64,000 bases of DNA, taken from Patescibacteria group bacterium (GTDB lineage: Bacteria > Patescibacteriota > Kazan-3B-28). The notes under the pieces were generated by a model. The model made no database searches. It saw only the letters and a program-made list of their open reading frames with translations, and had not been told where the DNA came from. The stretch spans positions 143,702-207,701 of the forward strand of contig JBAZNQ010000002.1 in assembly GCA_041649135.1 (NCBI GenBank), in the 5' to 3' direction. Shown piece by piece: positions 9,220-18,701 of this stretch. A program made the position numbers and the translations under genes. Every line of letters begins with the position of its first letter. Position 1 is the stretch's first letter.

Positions 9220-10644
9220 ATGACCAAACAGAAAACTATTCGGTCTGGAAGCGCAAAACCAACTGTTTTTGTCGCGATGAGTGGGGGAGTCGACTCCTCT
9301 GTCGCCGCCGCCCTGTTACAACAACAGGGTTTTAACGTAGTCGGCGTGTTTATGAAGAACTGGTCGGACGCTTCAGATGTCGGAGGTGGCCTTACTTATT
9401 GCACCGCCGAACAAGACTTTTTGGATATGCGAGCAGTCTGTCAGCACTTGGATATTCCTTACTACACTTTCAATTTTGAAACAGAATACAAAAAACGAGT
9501 GCTAGATTACTTTTTTGCCGAATATAAAGCCGGTCGGACTCCCAATCCGGATGTCATGTGTAATAAAGAAGTCAAATTCGACCTCTTTCTCAAAAAATGT
9601 TTGGCTCTGGGAGCAGATTTTATTGCTACTGGGCATTACGCCCAGCGAGTCGCGAGTCGCGAGTCGCGAGTAATGAGTGACAACCCAATCGTCATTCCGG
9701 CCTCCGAGCCGGAATCCAGACAAAAAAATCCCTCTCTAGCCTCTCGCGACTCGTCACTCGCGACTCATCACTTACTCCTGAAAGGAGCAGACCCCATCAA
9801 AGATCAAACTTATTTTCTCTACAACTTAACCCAAGACCAGCTAGCGAAAACGCTTTTTCCGGTCGGTCAGTACCCCAAAAGCCAAGTTCGCGCCCTCGCT
9901 CGCAAATTTAAACTGCCAACTGCTACCAAAAAAGACAGTCAGGGAATTTGTTTTATCGGTCCCGTAGACGTTAAAGAATTTTTAAAAACTGTGATTAAAA
10001 CCAAAACTGGTAAAATTGTCAATCAAGAGGGGAAAATGCTTGGTACTCACGAAGGGGCTTGGTTTTACACCATTGGTCAGCGTCGGGTGGAAGGTCTAGC
10101 CGGTCAACCCGAGCCTTTGTATGTCATTGATACGGATATTAAGAAAAATCTGGTAATTGTTGGCCCAGATTCCGCCACCTATGGCAAAGGGGTAATTTTA
10201 GAAAATCTGCATTGGGTAGAACCAAGCTATCAAAATTGTCATCCCCGACCTGATCGGGGATCCAGACAGAAAAAGAAAATAGATTCCCGCCTTCGCGGGA
10301 ATGACGGAGAAGAGAACGGGAATGACGCATGGGATTTACAAGCTAAACCCAGATATGGCCCAGAGGTCTATGGGGGGAAATTGGTATTAGAACAAGTCGC
10401 GAGTAACGGGTCGCGAGGGACTAGTAGCAAAGCAGTCGTCATTCCGGCCCCGCCTGCCCGCCTTTGGGGGGAGCCGGAATCCAGACAAAAAAAGAGCCCT
10501 CGTCTCCCGTCTCTCGTCTCTCACGATTCCTACTCCTTCATCTTCGACCACCCCCAGCGCGCTCTTACTCGCGGTCAATCACTGGTCATCTACGACGAAG
10601 ACATCTGTCTCGGCGGGGGTGTTATTGAAAAAGTCATCAAATAA
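9220..10644 (+). CDS. mnmA: tRNA 2-thiouridylase MnmA carrying three in-frame repeat-derived insertions
   Basis: AMSGGVDSSVAA, GRTPNPDVMCN, ATGHYA, KDQTYFL, KKDSQGICFIG, YTIGQR, GQSLVIY..GGG; 474 aa versus the usual ~360. Confidence 0.95.
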   Translation: MTKQKTIRSGSAKPTVFVAMSGGVDSSVAAALLQQQGFNVVGVFMKNWSDASDVGGGLTYCTAEQDFLDMRAVCQHLDIPYYTFNFETEYKKRVLDYFFAEYKAGRTPNPDVMCNKEVKFDLFLKKCLALGADFIATGHYAQRVASRESRVMSDNPIVIPASEPESRQKNPSLASRDSSLATHHLLLKGADPIKDQTYFLYNLTQDQLAKTLFPVGQYPKSQVRALARKFKLPTATKKDSQGICFIGPVDVKEFLKTVIKTKTGKIVNQEGKMLGTHEGAWFYTIGQRRVEGLAGQPEPLYVIDTDIKKNLVIVGPDSATYGKGVILENLHWVEPSYQNCHPRPDRGSRQKKKIDSRLRGNDGEENGNDAWDLQAKPRYGPEVYGGKLVLEQVASNGSRGTSSKAVVIPAPPARLWGEPESRQKKSPRLPSLVSHDSYSFIFDHPQRALTRGQSLVIYDEDICLGGGVIEKVIK

Positions 10645-10732
10645 TCTTGATTATCCATTTTCAGAGCCAACTTCTTGCTAATATTCAGTTTTTGTGTAAA
10701 ACTGCAATCAAGCTTCCGCAAGGAGGATGCAC

Positions 10733-11233
10733 ATGGAACCCTGTGGCAATAGGTGTACAGTTGCTGGACCTGCTGGGTTGATGCCAGTCCCGTCGTCAAT
10801 TGACGTTCAGGGCGAAAGGACTGTGTTGGCCATCGAGGACGGAAACGGCTTTGAAAAGGCGGTGTGCCCTAGCGCCTTTTGCCGGACATTATCGGGCGAG
10901 GTGGTGGCGGTTCTGGTCAGAGGCGACACGTTCTACATTGCTGATGGCAATACCGATATCACCAACATAGATTCTCCCCGCCAAAGGATGGTTTATGTGA
11001 TAGATAGGGGCCTGTTGAGTGAAACAAAAGGTATCGTCGAGATCTTTGCTCGATCATGCTCTGTCGTGGATGTCGACGGGGACATAACTCTCGCAAAGGG
11101 TCTGCCTCAACCGCTTTTCCTAATTGGAGCTTATCCCCCCAACCATCCGAGGTATCTACCGTGGCGGTCTACGGCAGGACGTGACAAAAGCCATCGTTCC
11201 TCGGGACCACTCCCATACCCCAGCACAGCCTAA
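10733..11233 (+). CDS. Hypothetical protein
   Basis: AGGAGG RBS, ORF followed by a terminator. Confidence 0.55.
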   Translation: MEPCGNRCTVAGPAGLMPVPSSIDVQGERTVLAIEDGNGFEKAVCPSAFCRTLSGEVVAVLVRGDTFYIADGNTDITNIDSPRQRMVYVIDRGLLSETKGIVEIFARSCSVVDVDGDITLAKGLPQPLFLIGAYPPNHPRYLPWRSTAGRDKSHRSSGPLPYPSTA

Positions 11234-11250
11234 CTTACACCACTAACATA

Positions 11251-11281
11251 AGACCCCAGTTCAACCTGGGGTCTGTCTTTT
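11251..11281 (+). terminator. Intrinsic terminator
   Basis: AGACCCCAG-TTCAAC-CTGGGGTCT then T-rich tail. Confidence 0.65.
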
Positions 11282-11758
11282 GTTAGGAAAATTTGTAGGG
11301 GATAACCCCTATTCCCCCCACCGTCATTCTAGCAAACCCCTCCTTCCGTCATTCTGGAGTCTTTTGCCATACGGCAGAATTCCCAGAATGACGAAGGCGG
11401 ACGGATCCCTAGCCCTCGCAGACCCTTCGGAGTTCTGCTGGACAGCAGAACGAAGTAGAAGAGCTGACCCCTCCCTGATCCCTCTCCCCCAACTATTCAC
11501 TATTCACCATTCACTTTTCACTTTCCCCCTAGTAGCTATCGGCTTCTCCCCTAACCATTCACCATTCACTTTTCACTTTCCCCAAGGCCTCTTGCTTTTT
11601 TTGGGGTTTTCTGGGTATAATCTTCAGGTAAAAAAGGACTTAATTGACCGTGAATTACCCTCACAAGTCAACTATCAATTCTGCGCTCCCAGAGCGGTTT
11701 TTTGGCAGTTTGTGTCACAAGAAATCGATATATTACGTTATAACTTATGTAAGGCAAA

Positions 11759-12361
11759 ATGCCTGAACTGCAGTTTGACTCACATTCTGATGCTTCCGAC
11801 CAAGGGTTTTCGACCCCGATCGAGGCTAGCAACCGACCGAACGATGATCGGCTGATTACTCAAGCCCAAGCTGGCGATGAACAAGCTTTTGGTGAGCTCT
11901 ATGATATTTGGGCCGCCAAGGTTTATCGCTTCGTTTACGTCAAAGTCAAAGACGTTGCTGTGGCTGAAGACATCACTTCCGATATCTTCCTGAAAGCTTG
12001 GCAGAAATTGCATCAGTATAAACGACAAGCCGGAGTCAGCTTCTCTAGTTGGCTCTACGCTGTCGCGCGTAACGCCGTTATCGATTATTATCGTCTGACC
12101 AAACATTCAGAATTGTCTTTCGAAGATTTGCCAGAATTGGCCGACCTCGAAGGGCCAGAGCTCTATCGTGAAGTCAGCGAAATCGAAACCGCACTCAAGA
12201 ATTTGCCAGAAGATTACGAAAAAGTTCTTCGTCTTCGCTTCGTCGAGCAGATGCCAATCGCTCGAGTCGCTCAAGTGATGAAGAAAAAAGAAGACAACAT
12301 CCGGGCCCTCACCTCACGCGCGCTTAAGAAGATGAGAGACAACTTGAATCATGAATCATGA
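11759..12361 (+). CDS. ECF-type sigma-70 family RNA polymerase sigma factor
   Basis: AQAGDEQAFGELYD, AEDITSDIFLKAW, FSSWLYAVARNAVIDYYR, region-4 HTH. Confidence 0.93.
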   Translation: MPELQFDSHSDASDQGFSTPIEASNRPNDDRLITQAQAGDEQAFGELYDIWAAKVYRFVYVKVKDVAVAEDITSDIFLKAWQKLHQYKRQAGVSFSSWLYAVARNAVIDYYRLTKHSELSFEDLPELADLEGPELYREVSEIETALKNLPEDYEKVLRLRFVEQMPIARVAQVMKKKEDNIRALTSRALKKMRDNLNHES

Positions 12362-12392
12362 ATCAAGGATGGCAAATAGGGCACACCTATTC

Positions 12393-12583
12393 GTCATCCC
12401 GTGTTCTGCACTGTCATCCCGAACACTCCGTATTGTCATCCTGAACCCTGGCTGCGTCCCGCACCCGCGGGCAAGCTTGATTCAGGATCCAGTCTCATTC
12501 CGTCCGTCATTCCTGCGGAGGCAGGAATCCAGTTTCTCCCTAACAAACAAATAAAATAGATTCCGGACTAAACCCGGAATGAC
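12393..12583. repeat. Cluster of GTCAT-type palindromic repeats between sigma and putative anti-sigma genes
   Basis: GTCATCCTGAAC...TTCAGGATCCAG, GTCATTCCTGCGGAGGCAGGAATCCAG, inverted AGATTCCGG..CCGGAATGAC. Confidence 0.8.
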
Positions 12584-12757
12584 AACGGGGGAAGCTCGGA
12601 ACAACAAAAAATCAGTCGGTAGTCCTTAAGGGTTCTGAAAGAACTTTTGGGGAAATGGGGATACAACCTATTTCTTTAGAAGTACTCGCAGAACCTTTTT
12701 ATAATTTTATTCTTTCACTCCCAACCACTATTCACCGTTCATTATTCACTTTCCTCA

Positions 12758-13771
12758 ATGCCTATCATCAATCACGACAATTTAATCCAAGAAATCAGCA
12801 TTCTAGGTAAAGATGCGAAGTTGTCGTTGACTCAACGACAGGCGATTCGTGATCGCTTATTTAAAAAAATTGGCCAGACTACTTTGATTGACGCAGTTCA
12901 GACCCAAACCGAAGTTGAAGATTTGGTCATGCCCTTGCCGAGTCTCCGTCGGCTATTTACTCCTCGTCGAGTGGTTTTGAGCATCCCAGCTACTGCTGGC
13001 ATGGTAGCGGCCGTATTTGTCGCCACCTTTGCTACTGGTGCCATGGCGCAAACTGCCCAACCGGGCGACCCATTATTTGGTGTCAAAAAAGTTTTTGAAA
13101 CTGTTCAGGTGGCTCTTGCTACCAATCCTTCAGCTCGCGCCGCTGTGAAGCTGGCCATTGTTAACGATCGCTTGCGAGCATTAGAAAATGCTGACACCAC
13201 TCAAGTGGCAGTGATTTTGGCTGAATCGCAGAAAGCTCTCACCAGCGCCCAGACAACTTTATCTACACTTCCTGCAGACAAAGATTTGAATACAAAATTA
13301 AAGACTCTTATCGAATCCCAAAAAACCGTTCTCGCCACTTTGGCGAAGGGCGATGTCAGCACCGATGACACTAAAAAGACTCTGCTCGCTATGCGCGATC
13401 AGTTAGATAAAATCATCGCTCCCGTTGGCACAGTCACACCAATCACAGATACTGAAAAGCCAGCCGTTGTCGACACTACACCAACCCAAGGCTTTGTCAC
13501 TTTGTATGGTTCTATTGGTAGCTACTCTGCCAAACCAACCTTAATGGTTGGTGACAAGCGCTACTACTTAGTTGGTGCAACTATCAATCTCATTTCTTAT
13601 ATGGGCTTCGAGCGAGCCGCCGTATCGGGTGTTTTGAATGGTGATACTATCACGCTTTCCAAGCTGACCATCAACGGTCAGACGATTTGGGAAGCCCCTT
13701 CTCTTAACAACAATCCCGTTGATAACAATTTACCTCGGGTCGAAGGCGACCAAAATTCATCGCCTAGGTAG
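12758..13771 (+). CDS. DUF5667-like membrane protein, putative anti-sigma factor
   Basis: TM followed by AQPGDPLFGVKKVFE motif; lies directly downstream of the ECF sigma. Confidence 0.7.
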   Translation: MPIINHDNLIQEISILGKDAKLSLTQRQAIRDRLFKKIGQTTLIDAVQTQTEVEDLVMPLPSLRRLFTPRRVVLSIPATAGMVAAVFVATFATGAMAQTAQPGDPLFGVKKVFETVQVALATNPSARAAVKLAIVNDRLRALENADTTQVAVILAESQKALTSAQTTLSTLPADKDLNTKLKTLIESQKTVLATLAKGDVSTDDTKKTLLAMRDQLDKIIAPVGTVTPITDTEKPAVVDTTPTQGFVTLYGSIGSYSAKPTLMVGDKRYYLVGATINLISYMGFERAAVSGVLNGDTITLSKLTINGQTIWEAPSLNNNPVDNNLPRVEGDQNSSPR

Positions 13772-13827
13772 ATTCCAGATTACACTCAAACAAATAAGTA
13801 TAGAAATAATCTACACATAAATTACTA

Positions 13828-16800
13828 ATGAATAGTTTACTCATGAAAAAGGCGTCCCAGCTCGTAGCTTGGACAATGACCGCTTCCACAGCTTTGTGGA
13901 TGGCCATTCCTAGCGCCGCCGCTGCGACTCCTGTTTACGCATTCAAATGGATTAGTCAGACTCCAGCCACTGTTACCGCCGATGGCGTAGCTCACTATGT
14001 GACTGCCAACCAAGGTGACACAGTAACTTTGTCTGTTACTCTCCAAAACACTGCTGGCAGAGTTATCAAAGGTAAGTCTTCCTTACCAGCAGCCCCAGCC
14101 GGCTATCAAGTTCCAATCGGTTCATACGGTATCGGCGTTCGCGGCGATGCCCAGACCCCTTGGATTGATGCTTCAAGCTTTGTCTTGAACGGTAACCGGT
14201 TTGTTTACTACGATGGTCCAGATGTGGCCATTGGTGGTAACATCACAATGACTTTCACAGTAAAAGTTGCAGCGACTGCCGCTAACGGCACCTACAATCT
14301 TTACTACAAGCCAGTCTTCGATTACGAAGCTTGGACTCGTCAGACAGCTTGGAACGGAAAGATTTTGGACAAAGATAAGTCCGATATCTTCACCCGTTTC
14401 TACGTTGGTACGACTCCAACCGTCAACGGTAACTTGAATGTTGGCATTGCCAGCACCACCCCAGCAGCTACTTCAATTGCCGCTGGTGCGTCTGATGTTC
14501 CAATGGCGAACTTTACGTTCACTGCTGGTGCATCCGATAACGCATTGGTTTCAAGTATTGCCCTTACACGGACTGGACTGTCAGTCGATACCGATGTTAC
14601 TGGTGTCAAACTCTATGATGGGAGCACCCAATTGGGCTCCGAGCAAAGTTTTAACACCACTACACACAAAGCTACCTTTACTGGTTTGGCTTGGTTAATC
14701 CCAGCCGGCACTAGCAAAACTCTGACCGCTTGGGTCTCTACTGCTAGTACAAATGTTGGTGCTGTTATCCAGATTTCTATCGCCGACGCCGCCAGCGTTA
14801 CACTCACTGGTAGTGGTACTATTGGCGGGACTTTCCCTGCCACTGGTAATGGGTTTACGCTAGCCAATGTCTCTGTCGGCACAATGGATGTTATCAAGAC
14901 AGCCGCTCCGGCTATTGGTAACATTCTCTCTGGCAGTACTGATCAACCAATCGCTTCGTTTAAATTCACTTCAGCTACTGAAGGATTTAACATTAATAGC
15001 GTTACCTTCACCGAAACTGGTACATCAGTTGATTCTGATGTCTCCAATCTTCGCTTGAAGCTTAATGGTGTTCAGATTGGTAGTGTTATGCCAGCATTAA
15101 GCGGCGGTATGGTTACCTTTACTGGTAGCCCACTGTTGTCAGTTCCTGCTGGTCAGAATAAGACCATCTACATTGATGCTGACATCGCTTCTGGTGTCAC
15201 TTCACAACGCACAGTCGTCTTCCAAATCTACCAAGCTAGTGATGTTGTGGCCGTTGGTCAGAACTCCCATGCTAACGTAGTGATTCTTGCTAGCGGATCT
15301 GCATTCACTGCTCAAACTGGTCAAGCCCAAACCATCATCCAAGGTACTCTTGGCGTGACCCGGGCCGCCACCAACTTGAGTGCCCAATCATATGTGGTTG
15401 GTACCGCACAAGCTGAAGTAGCCAAGTGGAAGTTTAGTGCTGGTTCTAATGAAGGTATTAAGGTAACTAAGCTTACTTTCACCAACGGTGGTACTTCACC
15501 AACCGCTGCTGATCTTCAGAATGCTCGGCTTTACATCAATGGTTCAGCCGTCGCAACTGATGACAGTGGCACTGTCTCGGCTACTACTATTAGGTTCACC
15601 AATGGCAACGGTCTCTTTACCGTTCCAGTCAGTGGTAACACTGAAGTGACCCTAAAAGTTGATGTCTCTTCATCGGCTACTGCGTCTCACACGCTGAAGT
15701 ATTACTTGTCAGCTGTAACCGATCTTGAGATTTACGGTCTTAGCTCTAATGCTAAAATCGACAGCACTACTGCTAACATCACGCCAATTACTGACGTGGC
15801 TGTTGGTGTAGCTTCCGATCACACCTTAGCTGCTAACGGCACATTAATCGTCGCTGCTGGATCAAATACTCCACCTGCTGCCAACTTCTCGTTGGGTACC
15901 AGCAACTTCGAGTTTATGCAATTCACCATGCAGGCAATTAGCGATGCCGCTCAAGTCACCGCTATTACGCTTCATCTCTTCGATGACACATCTGTTCTTA
16001 CAAATGGTACCGGAGCAGATATTGGCACAGGTGATGTAACTAATGCTAAGCTATACTGGTGGGATGGTACAAGCTGGACCCAATTGGGCAGTACAATCAA
16101 CACGCCATCTACTGGTACAGCCACGTTCAGTTTTAGCCACACGATTCCTGTCAATACTACCGAAACCTACAAGTTAGTTGGGGATATTCCAACTGGCGCT
16201 TCCTTGACCAACTTGTTCGCAGGTATCGGTACGGATGATGACAGCGTCCACATCTATGATGAGGTCACTGCTTCCGGTGTAGCGTCTGGTCTTGCTTACA
16301 CCAGCGGTACTTACATCTCAGCTGCTGATTACGCGTATGGCTCACTGTTCACTAAAGTGACTCCAACTATCACTGCTACTATGTCCACAGTGCCAATCGC
16401 ACGTACTGTAGTTAAAAATAGCAACAATGTTGTTTTGGGCCGTCTGTTGTTAGCCGCTAGCGCCGGTGAGGATATCAACATCTCCACCCTGAGAATTAGC
16501 GCTGATGATACAGATATCTCTGGTAACGGTAGTGATTCTCTCGCCAGCACCAACTTCTCCAACATTCACTTGGGGGCTGACACAAATGGTGATGGTACTT
16601 ATGAATTGACTACTATCAATAAACCATTTACTGATGGTGGTGGTTCAGCGATTGACTATGTCACCTACAGTGGTTCAGATTTCAACAACCCAACTAGCTG
16701 GAAGATTCCTTCCGCTGGTACATTGGTAGTTGATATCTTGGGCAATGTATTGGGCAGTTCCGGTAGCTGGTCGTTTGGTATGGTTGATAACGCCCCAGTT

Positions 16801-18477
16801 ACCAGCATTGTTGGTTCTGGTGCTTCTTCTACCACCGCTGCCACCATTGCCGGTTTGGGCTCTGCCATTACTTCGGCGGTTCTCGGCCTGACTACTGGTG
16901 GTTCGTTGGCGATTACGCTTGATTCGACCTCACCAACTGTCCAACAGGTCACCGCATCATTCTCAAGTAATGTTTCCGCTCCAGTTGCTCGCTTCAAATT
17001 TGCGGCTACAACTGAAGATGTTCGCCTTGAAATGATTCGTGTCACTGACCTTGCCGATGGTAATGATGTTGACTTCAAGTCAGCTGGTATCCACCTTTAT
17101 GAAGGTGGAACAATTGCCAAGGCATCTGATGGCACTTACAGCTTGTCAGGCGGTACCTTAATTGGTACTGGTACTTTGACTGGCACAGGTGCTGAAGCGG
17201 TAGATATTACTTTGAGCCCGGTGGTGATCGTTCCGGTCAACACCTCGAAGTACATCACTATCGTTGCTGACATCAACTCCATCGCTGGTGGTGCTGTATC
17301 CAAGCACATTCCAGCTCTTGGTATTGACCAAGACATTGCTACTGGTAACTGGACCGGTACTGATCCTGATTTCTCTGGCAACTTGCTTAACGTAAAGGCA
17401 AGAGGCGTGTCTTCAGGTGTCGGTATTGGTACTGCTGCCGCAGGTAGCGTCGACTTGATGGGTAATTCCGTCTATGTCGTTAAGACTAAGCTTGGTTTGG
17501 CAGTAAACAGCGCTTCTCCATCTGGTACACAGGTGAGGGTTCCTAACTTCACCATGTATAAGTTGAATGCTACAAACACTTCAACTGATACAGACGCCAG
17601 ATTACGTGCTGGTCTTTCAAAGGACACCGATTCCAACGCAGGTTGGTCAAACCAAGGCACTTTGGCGGCCTACACCACAGACACGACCAAGTATGTAGTT
17701 GGGGCTGGTAGCGTCAACTTTAACAAAGTTGACTTCACTGGCGACAGCACAGAGGGTATTAGTCAAGATGGTGGAGCAACAAGTTTTGCCACTAGCTATA
17801 CCCGTGTGAGCTACTGGGTTCGTTCAACGGCTGCCATTGCGGCTGGCGACCTGACCTTTGTCATGGCTACTGATGCGGCCTTAACTGCTGGCACAGTTAC
17901 CTCTGCTGTAACTGCCTGTGCCATCAACCAATGGTGTCGGATTGACGCGGCCATCACTCCAGGTGCCACTCGGTACTTTGGTGTCGTGGTCTCGCATGCC
18001 AGCAACCAAGATAACAAGACTATTAACGTAGATGGTATTACCTTCTACAACGATAGCCTTAAGCTGACCCTGACTGGTTCGACCACGATGATGTTCGCAA
18101 CAACTGCCAATACTCTTGCAAGTGGCGCGGTTGTTCTGAAGAACGGTAGTCAGACCCTTGCTACTGGTTACTACAACGGTGGCGGTACCGCTGGTCTTTC
18201 GACCACCTATGGTACAGTCACCTTCATCCCAGGGCAGAATAGTGGTGAAACAGAAATCACGATTCCTGCTGGTGGTATGACATTAGACTTTATTGCCGAC
18301 CTTACAACTCTTTGTACGGGTGCTGGTACATTGTCTATCCAGTTGCCGTTAGGTTCTGCAACCTATCTTGGTTCAGTCACTAATGGCCAGGTGTTATGGA
18401 ACGACAACAGTTCCACAACCACCATCGGTTGGGTTGACAGTCCAAACTCTCCGCTCTCTAGAGGTATGACCTTCTAG
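13828..18477 (+). CDS. Large secreted S-layer-like/surface protein (N-terminal NBR1-Ig-like domain, tandem beta-sandwich repeats)
   Basis: Signal peptide; 1549 aa rich in T/S/G/A; repeated F.F.A...E.I....L...G...D..N..LY.G.TQ.G units; strongly biased codon usage; strong terminator. Confidence 0.8.
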   Translation: MNSLLMKKASQLVAWTMTASTALWMAIPSAAAATPVYAFKWISQTPATVTADGVAHYVTANQGDTVTLSVTLQNTAGRVIKGKSSLPAAPAGYQVPIGSYGIGVRGDAQTPWIDASSFVLNGNRFVYYDGPDVAIGGNITMTFTVKVAATAANGTYNLYYKPVFDYEAWTRQTAWNGKILDKDKSDIFTRFYVGTTPTVNGNLNVGIASTTPAATSIAAGASDVPMANFTFTAGASDNALVSSIALTRTGLSVDTDVTGVKLYDGSTQLGSEQSFNTTTHKATFTGLAWLIPAGTSKTLTAWVSTASTNVGAVIQISIADAASVTLTGSGTIGGTFPATGNGFTLANVSVGTMDVIKTAAPAIGNILSGSTDQPIASFKFTSATEGFNINSVTFTETGTSVDSDVSNLRLKLNGVQIGSVMPALSGGMVTFTGSPLLSVPAGQNKTIYIDADIASGVTSQRTVVFQIYQASDVVAVGQNSHANVVILASGSAFTAQTGQAQTIIQGTLGVTRAATNLSAQSYVVGTAQAEVAKWKFSAGSNEGIKVTKLTFTNGGTSPTAADLQNARLYINGSAVATDDSGTVSATTIRFTNGNGLFTVPVSGNTEVTLKVDVSSSATASHTLKYYLSAVTDLEIYGLSSNAKIDSTTANITPITDVAVGVASDHTLAANGTLIVAAGSNTPPAANFSLGTSNFEFMQFTMQAISDAAQVTAITLHLFDDTSVLTNGTGADIGTGDVTNAKLYWWDGTSWTQLGSTINTPSTGTATFSFSHTIPVNTTETYKLVGDIPTGASLTNLFAGIGTDDDSVHIYDEVTASGVASGLAYTSGTYISAADYAYGSLFTKVTPTITATMSTVPIARTVVKNSNNVVLGRLLLAASAGEDINISTLRISADDTDISGNGSDSLASTNFSNIHLGADTNGDGTYELTTINKPFTDGGGSAIDYVTYSGSDFNNPTSWKIPSAGTLVVDILGNVLGSSGSWSFGMVDNAPVTSIVGSGASSTTAATIAGLGSAITSAVLGLTTGGSLAITLDSTSPTVQQVTASFSSNVSAPVARFKFAATTEDVRLEMIRVTDLADGNDVDFKSAGIHLYEGGTIAKASDGTYSLSGGTLIGTGTLTGTGAEAVDITLSPVVIVPVNTSKYITIVADINSIAGGAVSKHIPALGIDQDIATGNWTGTDPDFSGNLLNVKARGVSSGVGIGTAAAGSVDLMGNSVYVVKTKLGLAVNSASPSGTQVRVPNFTMYKLNATNTSTDTDARLRAGLSKDTDSNAGWSNQGTLAAYTTDTTKYVVGAGSVNFNKVDFTGDSTEGISQDGGATSFATSYTRVSYWVRSTAAIAAGDLTFVMATDAALTAGTVTSAVTACAINQWCRIDAAITPGATRYFGVVVSHASNQDNKTINVDGITFYNDSLKLTLTGSTTMMFATTANTLASGAVVLKNGSQTLATGYYNGGGTAGLSTTYGTVTFIPGQNSGETEITIPAGGMTLDFIADLTTLCTGAGTLSIQLPLGSATYLGSVTNGQVLWNDNSSTTTIGWVDSPNSPLSRGMTF

Positions 18478-18523
18478 TTAGCTGATTGTTACTAGTTTAG
18501 TAGTGGCGCTCTAAAACTACTTA

Positions 18524-18557
18524 CAATAAGACCCCCGACTTGTCGGGGGTCTTATTG
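18524..18557. terminator. Intrinsic (possibly bidirectional) terminator
   Basis: CAATAAGACCCCCGAC-TT-GTCGGGGGTCTTATTG. Confidence 0.75.
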
Positions 18558-18582
18558 ATGAACAAACAGCTCTCTTCTCTTC

Positions 18583-18669
18583 GTCATTCCGGCCTACGAG
18601 CCGGAATCCAGAAAAGAACAGAAATGTTGGTTGTCTCTTTGCTAGATCCTGAAATGAATTCAGGATGAC
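18583..18669. repeat. Inverted pair of GTCAT-type palindromic repeats
   Basis: GTCATTCCGGCCTACGAGCCGGAATCCAGA ... TAGATCCTGAAATGAATTCAGGATGAC. Confidence 0.85.
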
Positions 18670-18701
18670 ACAACCAGTCAGTCATTTGATAAACTGAGTC
18701 T

